This document shows positions 11,026 to 23,000 of a DNA stretch of 64,000 nt, in pieces; positions within the stretch are counted from its first letter, which is position 1, and each line of letters opens with the position of its first letter. The DNA lies in assembly GCF_030684315.1 (NCBI RefSeq), contig NC_081378.1, positions 49,810,851 through 49,874,850 of the forward strand. Direction: 5' to 3'. The position numbers and the translations under genes are program-made. The notes below the pieces were generated by a model, which saw only the letters and a list, made by a program, of their open reading frames with translations, ran no database searches and was not told the origin of the DNA. This DNA comes from Stegostoma tigrinum (lineage: Eukaryota).

Positions 11026-14000
11026 GTAAGTTTTCTAAATGGCAGTTATTTAAAATATATTTTACTGACTATATTGAACCAGCCAAAGCCAGACCAGCAA
11101 AGTGGCTCAGTGATTAGCCCTACTACCTCACAGTTCGATTCCAGCCTCCGCCCACTGTCTGTGTTAAATTCGCAGTCTCCCCGTGTCTGTGTGGGTTTCC
11201 TCTGGGTTCGCCGGTTTCCTCTCACAGTCCAAAGATCTGCAGAATGGGGGGATTAGCCGTGCTAAATTGCTTATGGTGTCCAGGGATGTGCAGGCTAGAT
11301 GGGTTAGCCATGGGAAATGCAGGGATCGGGTAAGGGGGTGGATCTCCTTTGCAGTACTCTTCAGAGGGTCAGTGTGGATTCAGTGGGCCGAATGATCTGT
11401 TGAAGGGGCTACGCTCCAAAAGCTTGTGGTTTCAAGTAAACCTGTTGGACTATAACCTGGCGTCGTGTGATTTCTGACATATTATGTATTCTATGGATGT
11501 TTTCCCTGGAGTTGTAGGTAAAGAGCGTGAAATTACTAAAGGCAGTGTTTACATTTGTTTGACAAGTTTACAGTATGTTGTGTGCTTACGTGACGCAGTG
11601 AGGTGGAATTGTATCAGAGATAATGGGAACTGCAGATGCTGGAGAATCCGAGACAACAAAGTGTGGAGCTGGATGAACACAGCAGGCCAAGCAGCATCTC
11701 AGGAGCACAATTTTCTGATGAAGGGTCTAGGCGCGGAACGTCAGCTTTTGTGCTCCTGAGATGCTGCTTGGCCTGCTGTGTTCATCCAGCCTCACACTTT
11801 GTTGTCTGAGGTGGAATTGCATCTAGTGTTATCAAAAGAAAGCTCATTACATGCATCTAAATTAATTTCAATAACCTGTTCGACATGTTATGACACTTCC
11901 GCGCAGTTGGGAATGAACAAAGACCTATCTGCCCCGAGATAGGGACACAGTACCGACAGTCCACAAGAGCCCACACTAGCTGCACCTTTACTTCATATTA
12001 AGCAGCATATTTAGTACAGTATTAACATTCTGGTCAAAATCACTTGCTTACTCAGATTGAGTGCTTCTTAATCGCATCAGAGGCGTATGCTGGGTATGAT
12101 GCCACAAATGGCTCAATTCCTATCCCTGGCACTTCCGTAAAACATGGTGTGACAACACTAGGTTAGCAATCCAACATTGTCCCGTCATTCCCGAAAACAA
12201 ATGCAGAAGGTGACTGCAATTTTATTTTTCTGTTGCCCCACTCGGCTTCCCAAATGCTGGACAGGAAAATTCGCTGGGACTGAGTGAGAAGGTGCCGCGG
12301 TTGTCTGGGGGAACAGCATCTGATAGCGTTTGATCATCAGTGGACACTATTTCTTAGCCTTTTATTGGCTGAAGTAACAATTAAGGCGAGAGCGAGGGGG
12401 CGCACATCGTTTAAATCTCTTATATAACGAAGTGTGGAGCTGGATGAACACAGCAGGCCAAGCAGTATCTTGTTGTGATTGACTGCGTGCTCACGGCCTC
12501 TCACCGTCCACCCCCAGCCCTTCTGTCTGATCTCTCTCTCTGTCTCATTGCCCAATAGAGCACTCAACTCCCTTGGCCTGTGCCCTTCAGGCCGGCTAGC
12601 TGTTAATTAGACACGCCCTGCCGAAAACGGTAAAATCCAGCCCTTAGTGTTTAGGCTCTAACACCAAGGACTGCACTGAGTGAGCTTTCAGAAATCTATA
12701 CCAGTACTTGACTATTTTCACAACACTAATCTGTTACCAGTGTTCAGTTAATGGTTCAGAATTGTTCAAGGCTCCGTCTCAATAGGAATAGGCTACTCAA
12801 CCCCTCAAGTCTGTTCCACCATTCAATGAGATCATGCGGATCTGTGGCTTCACTCCACAAATCCTCCTTTGGTCCATTTCACTTAATACCTTTCCTTAAC
12901 AAAAATATATATCTATATCGGGTTTAAAATTAACAACGGATCCAGCATCTACTTCTGTTTGTGGAAGAGATTTGCAAAACGCTACCATCCTGTGTGTGTA
13001 GAAGTGCTGTCCAACATCTCTCCTGAACGATCTAATTCTCAGGCTATGTCCCTAGTTCTAAAGTCACCAACCAGTAGAAATAGTTGATCTCTACCTTCTC
13101 TGTCTTTTCATGTTAATATCTTGAAGACATCGATCAGATCACCCTTAACCTTCTAAAGTTTAGAGGAAACAGGCCTCATTTCTATAATCTCTCCTCAAAG
13201 CTTGACGCCTGAAGTCTAGGCATCATTCTTGTAAACCTATGTTGTACTCCCTCTCGGATCCGTATGTCTTTTCTGAGATGTGGTTCCCTGATCTGCTCAC
13301 AATTCTCGAAGTGGAATCTAATCAGGGGTTTTGTATAACTGCAGCATAACTTCTGCATCCTGTATTCCCAAGTCTGTTTGGATATCCACTGTATTTAACT
13401 TCATACCTTCTAGAATAGACCCTGATCTAACCTTTTTTTTCTCCCAAAATAGATAACTTCACGCTGACTTACATTGAACTCCATCTGCCACATTTTTGCC
13501 CAATCGCTAAGTCTTTATAATTTTATGCTATCATCTACACTGTAAAGAATTTTAACTTTGTGTCATCAAAAAATTTGTATACATGGCTTTCTATGCCATT
13601 ATCCAAGTTGTTAATAACAAATGTGAATAATTGAGACCTTAACATAGACCTTTGTAGGTCCCGACTGGTCACATCTTGCAGTTTGATCACATGCTTACTA
13701 TCCCTGCTTTCTGTCACCTATCACTCAATCAATTTCCCAGCTGTGTCAGTAAATTGCCCTCAGTTCCATGGCCTGTACCTTAGCGAACAGTCTCTCGTGT
13801 GGGGCTTTATTAAATGCCTTCTGGAAGTCCTTGTAAACAGCATCCATAGATATTCCCCTGTCCACTATTTTTAATGTAAAATGCAGATTTTTCCTCTCAA
13901 GGGTATAAGCTGGTTTTGTAATGTGTCAAATGTTTCTTTAAATGTGCTGTAATTTACAGTGGACAATCTCTATCTCATCTCATTAAAGTCAGCCTTACTT

Positions 14001-17000
14001 AAATCTAAAGCCTTTAGTAGCTGATTCATGCTTTTAACTTTCAAACATTGAACTCAATCAAGTTATGATCACTATTTGATAAATGTTCAAGCACAATTAT
14101 GTTACTAATTAAATCCAGCTCATTACTTGTTACTAACTCTAATATTGCTTGTCCCCTTGTTGTATCCAGGACATATTGGTGTTGGAAATCATCCCAGCCA
14201 CACTCCACAAATTCATTACCTTCCTGACAAGTGCTTGTCTGCCTCTTCCAATCTAAGTTAGAGTTAAAGTCACTCACTTTGCTATATTTTTGCCCAAATC
14301 TTGCATTTATACAGTCTCGCACTTCACTACCTGGGAATCTGTGCACAGCACTGATTGCAATTTTGGATCCTTCGCTCTTCCTCAACTTCACCTATACATC
14401 TTCCCCTTATTATACCCTCCCTCACCTTTGAAATAATTTTGTTTCTAATCACCAAGGCTACTCCGCCTCCTCTGCCATTTCCCCTGTCCATCCTGTAATC
14501 CTTATAACCTGGTATATTTAGTTACCAATCCACATCATCCTGCAGCCATAATTCAGTGATAGCTATTATAATCCAATCTAACTTGAATTTGTGTCTGCCA
14601 CTCACTTAGTTTATTCCTTATGCATCTTGCATTTGTCTGTAGCTCTCTTGTTTGCGCCATACACTGCAACCTGTCCCTCAGAACTAGTGGGCCATACACT
14701 GTAATCTGTCCCTCAGCACTAGTGGGCCTTACACTGTAAAGCGTCCCTCAGCATTAGAGGGCCATACATTGCAACATGTCCCTCAGCACTGGTGGGCCAT
14801 TCACTGTAATCTGTCCCTCAGCACTGATGCTTTATTCATCTGTTTATCATTTCTCACTTCTGATTTGATCAATCCATGTAGTTTTGTGATAGCCTGTTGT
14901 ACATGAAGTTGGATTTCAGACTGTTTCTTTAAGCGCGGACATGTTGTTTAGTTTTGAAGCTGTATTAACTTGCCCTGAGCCCACGCCCCCACATTAATGA
15001 GTTTACAGTACTTTGACCGCCCTATTTACATTGATCCCCTGCATATTTACAGAATTTCTCATTGCCTTCATGTTGTAGAATCAGATAAACTTAACAAAAG
15101 ACAAGCTGAAGAGTGAAAATGAGGGAAATGATTGGGCTCCATCTCAATCTGTTTCTCCACTGGATCTGTTTTAATTTCTAATTCTATTGGTTATCGATTC
15201 TATTAGAGATAGAAAGAATTGCTGATGCTGGAGTCAGCGATAATGCCATGTGGAGCTGGAAGAACACAGCAGGCCAGGCAGTATCAGAGAAGCAGGAAAG
15301 TTGATGTCTTGGGTCAGGACCTTTCTTTCTGAAGAAGGGTCCCAATCCGAAACGTCCACTTTCCTGCTCCTGTGATGCTGCCTGGCCCGCTGTGTTCTTC
15401 TAGCTCCGCACTGTTATACCTACACTGTTAGCCTTCAAAGAATTCTACGCTTTGCCTTTCTTGCCATTCCACATTGTATGGTGTCACTTGGATATTTTAT
15501 GTGGCAATATGACTTATTTCAAGTTTAGGAACATTGTTCATCCCCCATCCAAAATTTCCCCATCTTCCATCCTCCACGAATGTCAATTCATCCAAAATCC
15601 TATTGCCTTTTTCCTAACTCACACCAAGACCTAGTCACCCTTCACTCCAAGCTTGCTGACTAGCTCAGAATATCCAGCTCCGTTTCTGTAATCTCCTCCA
15701 ACTCTTCAAGACATCTGCACTGATCCAATTTTGAGGCTCTTGCCTTCCTGATTCTCTTTGCCATTTTATTCGTTGCTGTACCTACAGCTGTCTTGCATCT
15801 GGAATTGGCTCTCTCAATATCTCCATGTCTTTGTTTTTGTCTTTGGCCAAAAGTGACCCACAAGTTTTACATGCTTATATAGCTCAATAAAAATTAAGCT
15901 TGATATTGCTACTGTGTAATGGATATTTCACAGCACTGATGCTGCTACACAAATGCAGATTGTTATTTTACTCATAATCAGTTGGAAGATAAAGTCAGCA
16001 AACTGGTTAAAATAATGTCATATCTGAAAATAAATAAGGAATGCTTTTATCACATAATAAAATGCTACAGGGTGAGAAATTTGCTCAGAATTCGATATTC
16101 TTTGATATTATTTCTGTGAAGTTCTTTGGGACACTGATGACTTGGGCTTTTGGTGCTCTTGAGAGTTGCCTTTGGCAGAGGATGGACTCCATGGAAAAGA
16201 TCATCTGTATCACTTCAGTCAACTAAATAGCAGAAATATAAGACGTAGAATGTTGAAGTAGAGTATTTTCTATCTTTATTGACAGTCAGACAGGAATGTG
16301 GAAGGGAGATGGATACAGAATGGTGAAATGTCTCACTTTCAAATGGGATTACAAAATGATAGTTGTTGTAAGTGAGTGATTTCCTCTTTAGGCAACCCTG
16401 AAGGGCAAATTTACTGAGTTATGAAAATTGTTATGAACTTGCTTATCCAACAAAATGATTTATTGATGCTAAAATGTCTAAATCTTTGTGGCTTTTCTCT
16501 TTGTGTCGTTTCCTGCTGTTGTGTAAAGTCATGATTCTGAAAGAGTTTGAGCTCTGCAGAGCTCTGTCCAGTCTGATGATACCATGTAGCTTTGGGTGGA
16601 GAATGATTTGGACCCTGACACAGTCTCTTACTGGAGACACAAGACTTATCTCTTGTTAGTAATAGTTAATATGGCTATGAGTTAGTATTCTTAGTTACTC
16701 TCCAGTAATAAACTATACCTTATCATTTTTTTAAAAAGCCTCTTATTCAAGGTCGATTCTCCATCAACCAACAACTCTTTAGATTAGTGTAGAATGTAAG
16801 AAATAGGAGCAGGAATAGGCAATTCAGCTCATTGTGTCTGCTCCTGCTACATAGGAAGGAGGATTGGTGACAGAACTCTACCCAGCCATAAACTACCAGT
16901 GCTTCAGACCCAGACATGACACCAGAACATCTCAGAGTATCAGTGGTGAGCATGGCACAATTGCTACACTTGTATTACATCAGCAGGGCAATTAGGGATG

Positions 17001-20000
17001 GGGCATGTATACAAGCCTGGCCACTCCCATTCCATGAACAAACTGTTGTGGCAGTTTGGCTGTTCAAGAAATACAAATACTATTTGATGGTTTTGCATCG
17101 CAAATCTCAAATGCAGATCAAATCCAAGGTTCTACTTCAGAAATGCAAGCAGGAGCCTCATTTCAATATTACCATAAAGCCCACAGTTCTTTAAGGCAAC
17201 TTTCAGCACCTGTTAAACAGAGGTACTAACCAACTCAGCAGTCAGCAGGATCTCTTTCAGATGGGTTTCAGGCCACTGGCTGCTAAATCAGCGATTACTG
17301 CAAATGTTTTTGACCAAATTATATAAAATTTAAACAACAGGAATCGAGGGAATAAAGGTCTCCTCTCCCAACCATGTTTTTCAGTTGTTAGCATTGGTTC
17401 ATTCAGATATGAATGATTCCCATGTCAATTTTATTTAATTGCTTTTCGACTGCTTTTGTAATTCAATGTGAAGATTCATCCAGCTTCACACTTTATTATC
17501 CTGAAGATTCATTGATAAGTTTTTAACATATTTCCCCCTCCCCACCTTTTAGATTTATAGAATCCCTACAGTGTGGGAGCAGACCTTTCAGCCCATCAAG
17601 CCCACACTGACCCTCCAAAGAGTATTCCACCCAGACCCACCCCTGTAAACCACCCAGCCTGCGCAGACCTGTTCACTATGCACAATTTAGCATGGTCAAT
17701 GCACCGAACTTGCACATTTTTACATGTGCAAGGAATGAGGAAACTGAACAAAATCCATGCAGACACGGGGAGAACATGCAAACTCTGCACAGATAGTCGC
17801 CCAAGGCTGGAATTGAACCCAGGATGCTGGCACTGCATAACTTGTAGTTTTATTTCTGAGCTTTAGTATCTCTTTCCACCTTGTTGTTGTAGAATTTTAA
17901 TTTGTCTGTGTGCTTACTATCCCTAAGGTTTATGCTGTCCTGGGAAAACTTGGTGAATTTTATGCCTGGTTTAAATGAGTGAAATTGCCATTCTGTTTCC
18001 TTAAGTTGCCTGTAATGCAGTTTATGCATGTTTAAAAAGTTGAGAAATTTCCCCGTCACAGGGATCGTAAGTGCAATGTTAACATATTTTTTGACTTTTT
18101 TATTTTGGTGAACGTTTATCACCAACAACGCAGACACAACTGTTTGTGTATCTGACAGCTAGGGAAACAATTTTCTGTGTTTTGTGCAGATGCCTGTTGA
18201 AGGATTGATTATCTTCAGAGATGGCAGGCAGAAAGACATGACACAACATCCTTTTTCTTGTGAATGTACGTTGTGAACTACTGCGCTGGATGTTATTGTG
18301 AATGTATTTACATTGCACTGAAGGAGTGCTGTATTGTTGAAGCTGACATCTGTCAAATGGGCTGTTAAGCTGAAACCTTCTGCCTGGTGAATAGCCACAG
18401 AATTGTTTTTCAAAGAGCAGGGGAAGTTGTCCCCTGTGTTGAGACACTTATTCATCATGTCAACCAACAAACTGATTATCTGGTCATGATCATGCGGGCA
18501 GTGGGAGTTTTTTGTGCCCTAATCGCTGCCGTACTTCCTACATTACCATGTTTTGAGAGGTTATAACGACTGCTACATCAACTCAGCTTCTAGCTTAAAG
18601 GGAAACTTGTGGTCATGAATATGAAAGATAACCGTGATGGAAGTAGGAAATGTAGGTGGGAGCCGAATAAGCAAGTTACTTGCAGGATTGAAAACTGAAC
18701 AAAGCACAATACTGGTACATAAAAGGAAGCAATAGGTTTTATTTCATAAACATATAAAATGTATATAGATAGTCAGAGAGAAGAGGATCACTCGACAATG
18801 AAGGAGGATTGTGGGGGATAGAGCTATAAGCAGAAATATATTAAATATAAAGTGTCAGAGTTTACAAATGATTCTGGAGGTGAGAATATGTGTAGACTAG
18901 TTCTGATGAAGGGCCACTGGACACAAAACATTAACTTTGTTTCTCTCTCCACAGATGCTGCCAGAGTTTCTTCAGCACTTTCTGTTTTCGTTTCAGATTT
19001 CCAGCATCTGCGATTCTTTGCTTTAGAAAATCTGCTATTTCACTTCCACCGTCCTGCATTACCCCCACATTCCTTAATAATATTAATGCCACAATGATTT
19101 GATCTGACTTCCAAAGATTTGTACCTTAAGTGAAGAAATTTGTCCTCATCTCAATCCCAAATCTATGATACCTTCCTTCTCAGACTGATCCCTATATCCT
19201 GATTCCAAAAGCAGGTAAAATGTCTCCCAATTTGTACCCTGTATCACCCCTCAAATATTTTATATATTTCATGGGATCACCTTTTTAAAAAAAGTTCTTA
19301 AGGAATATAAACTTAACCTGCTTAATTTCACCCAAGCTCTACATTATACTCCAGGTCTGCACTTATGAAGGATCTGTGTAGTTATTAGTAAGATGTCTTT
19401 TAATAGTGCAATCCGGTTGTAACAAAAAGTGTTCAGTTTAATTCCTGAATTGTTTACATGTTGACTTCCTATAATTTACATGCAACAACATTCTGTTCCC
19501 TCTGGGTATTAGTGTTTCTCATTTCAAAGATATACCATTTTTTCACAATTCCCTACATTATATTCTACCTGCCACCTTGCTGCCCACTCATTTAACCTAT
19601 CTAAATTCTTTTTGTAGCTCCTTTGCATCATCCTCTCAGCTTATTTTTTCCAGCTAATTGTGCCATCAGCAAACATGTGAACTTATGAAACAAGAGTAGA
19701 AGTAGACCATCCCCACCTATCTTCTCCTCTATCCATCTTTGATCCGTCTCCTCCTCACTCCCTATTTATTTCAGAGCCCTCTCCCCTTCCCCCTTTTCTG
19801 ATGAAGGGTCTAGGCCCAAAAACGTCCGCTTTCCTGCTCCTATGATGCTGCTTGGCCTGCTGTGTTCATCCAGCTCTCCACCTTGTTATCTCAGAGCTAA
19901 TCTGCTTGTGTTTTGATGCCCATCAGCCATCCAAGCCCAGCAACCTTTCATTCCCTTGCCTAACAAGAATCTATCCACCAATGTCTTCAAAAAAATTCAG

Positions 20001-23000
20001 TGACCCCATTTCTAGTCACATAGCCTCCAGAGAAATAAAAAGAAATCACCTCATTCCTGTCCCTAACTTTTTAACAGTTCCCCCTAATTCTAGACTGACC
20101 TACAACCACCTTGTCAAGACCATTCAGGATCTTAGACACATCAAACAGGTCACTTCTCACTCTCCAGTGGCAACAAACCCAGCTTGTTCAACTTTTTCCC
20201 TAAAACAACGCGCATATTCCAGGTATCAATCTAATTAATGTCCTGTAAATTGCCTCTGATGTGTTACAGATTTCCTTAAATGAGAAGAGCCGAACTATAC
20301 CCTATTCAAGATGTGGTGGCCCCAACAATGCCCTGTATAACTATAGTGTAACATTGTTACTTTGTAAAATAAATCATGCATGAGATAAGAGTGTAACTGG
20401 CTAGGCAGTATTTATTGTCCATTCCTAATTGCCCAGAGGGCAGTTAGGAGTCAACCACATTGCTGTGGGTCTAGAGTCACATATAGACTGGACCAGATAA
20501 AGATGGCAAATTTCTTTCCCTAAAGGACATTTGTGAACTATGTGCGTTTTTTCCACAATAGCTAATAGCATCATGGCCAATATCAAATTCTTAACTCCAG
20601 CTTTTTCTAAAAAAAAATTAAATTTAAATTCCACCTTCTGCTATGTCCAGAAGGATTCAAACCCAGGCCCCCAGAACATTACCTGGGTCTCTGGATCAAA
20701 AGTCCAGAAATAACACCACTAAGCCGTGGCCTCCTTATTTATGTTCAATAGTATTTTTACTTTTATGTTCAATAGCATCCCACTAGCTTCCTGATTCAGT
20801 GCTGCACCTGCATATTGACATTTTGTGACTCAAACACAAGGGTATCTAAAGCCCTCCGCATCTCAGAGTTCTGCGGTCATTCTCCATTTAAGTAATCCTG
20901 TACATTTTGCATTCTTCCTGACGAAGTGAAAAACTTCACATTTTTCCACATTTTCCATCTGCCAGATTTTAGCACACTCATCCAACTTATCCATGCGTGT
21001 CCGCCACTTCCTTAAGAATGCGTCACAACATGCTTTTCACGCATCTTGTGAATTTATCTCCCATTCCTTCACTTTCTGCATCTCAGTCAAGTAAGTGAAT
21101 TTTAAAAAGCGAAAGCACAGCACAGATCACTGCAGGACTCCACATATCATATGCCAATCAAACACCTGTTTATGCTCATGCTCTGTTTTCTACTGGCCAG
21201 CCAATGTTTGAGCCATGCTAATATATTATCCCCCACGAACTTCTATTTTCTGAAATAGCTTTTGGTGTGACAACTTATCAGATGCATTCTTGAAATCCTA
21301 GTGCAGTATTGTGTACAGGTTCCCCGTTATCTGCAACACATATCACTCCTTCAAAGACCTCCGAGAAATTGGTTATAAATGATTACCTTTTGAAGAAACC
21401 ATGCTGACTCTGTCCAATTATCTTGAGTTTTTCTAAGTGTGCTGCTATAAATGTACCTATAATTTAAGATTGATTTGAACACCTCCCCAAGATAGACATC
21501 AACCTAACTGACTGGTAGTTTCATGTTTTCAGCCTCCCTCTCTCCCTCCTTGACTAGACTTACATTTCTGTATGTAAGTTCTGAATGTAAGTCTAGTTTT
21601 ACATTTGCTGCTTCTCAGTCCAGTGGAACCTATCCTGAATCTACAGAATTTAGGATAATTGACACCAAAATATCTACTTCCTCATTAGGCACCTTTTAGA
21701 ACCTGAGGATGAAATCCATCTGGGCCTGGAGATTTGTCAGACCACAGCTACAACAGCTTTCTTATTACCACTTCTCTTGTATTTGTGATATTGTGACATT
21801 CTCATTTCCTTCCTTCATGATCTACAGCTATTACTGGAATGATTACTGTATCCTGTACAGTGAAGATAGAAATAAAGTATTTTGTTCATTTCCTCCGACA
21901 TTTCCGTATAATCTACTATGAACTCTTTGTTCTCACTTAGGATCAACTCTCACTTTATTTAATTTTTTCCTTTTTAAATACCTGTTTAAAAACTCTTATT
22001 GTCCATTTTTATATTCCTAACTGGCTTGCTTTCATGCTCTGCTTTCTTCCTCTATTGTAATTCACTATCATTCTCTATATTCTGACCAGTTGTCTGAGCT
22101 CCATTCATCTTTGTGCAATGACGGGCTTTTTCCTAAAGCTTGATGATTTCCCTATCTTCTTCAGATAACCACAGATTGTGGGTGTTACTTTTAGAAATTT
22201 TCTTTATAGCAGAAATATAGTTATTCTGATCATTCTGAAATATCCCCTTAAGTGTCTATCACTGACTGTCCATTGATGTATCCCTTAGCTTGATATATTC
22301 ATTCACTTTAGCTGACTCAGTTTTCAGGCTTACTGGTTGTCCTTGTCTAAGTTTAAAATGCTAATCTTAGACCCAATCTTCCTTCTATCAAACATCATAT
22401 TCATTTAGGGGAGGAGGCAGCCTAGTGGTATACTTCATAGTTAATCCAGCGACCCAGGTTATGTTGTAGGGATCCAGGTTTGAATCCTACCACAGCAAAT
22501 GGTAGACTTTGAGTTCAATTAAAAATCTCAAATTAGGAGTTAATAATGACCATGAATATATTGCAAATTGTCAGGGAAAACCCATCTGGTTCACTAATAT
22601 CCTTTAGGGAAGGAAACTGCCATCCCTATCTGGTCAGTTCTACGTGTGTTTCCAGCTCTATAGCAATGTGATTGACTCTTAACTGTCCTCGGGGCAATTA
22701 GAGAAAAGTAATAAATGCTGGCCCAGCCAGTGACACCTTCATCCTATGAATGTATTTTTAAAAAATATATTTTTTACCTCTGGGTACCTTAACTGTGAGG
22801 TCATTAATTCATCCTGTCACATTACACAATACCAAATCTAATATAACCTGCTGTCTGGTTGATTTCAAAATGTGCTTCTTTAAGAAATGATTTCAAAAGC
22901 ATTCTACAGACTGAAAACAGAACTGCGGATGCTGCAAATCTGAAATGAAAGCAGAGATTGCTGGAGAAACTCAGCAGGTCTGGTAGCATCCATGGACGGA

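Noticed and set aside
11098-11150. tRNA gene
   Set aside because: A/B boxes belong to a SINE head; no cloverleaf.
11026-11256. C-terminal 76 aa of the 414-aa ORF as a secreted Sema-only isoform
   Set aside because: Read-through past a strong GTAAGT donor into intron and SINE sequence; the Sema propeller would be incomplete and I saw no clear polyA signal.
14656-14829. CRISPR-like array
   Set aside because: Head-to-tail repeats without unique spacers, eukaryotic context, no cas genes.
16429-16775. Possible small solo LTR (TGTTA start, AATAAA)
   Set aside because: No TSD or convincing right terminus found.
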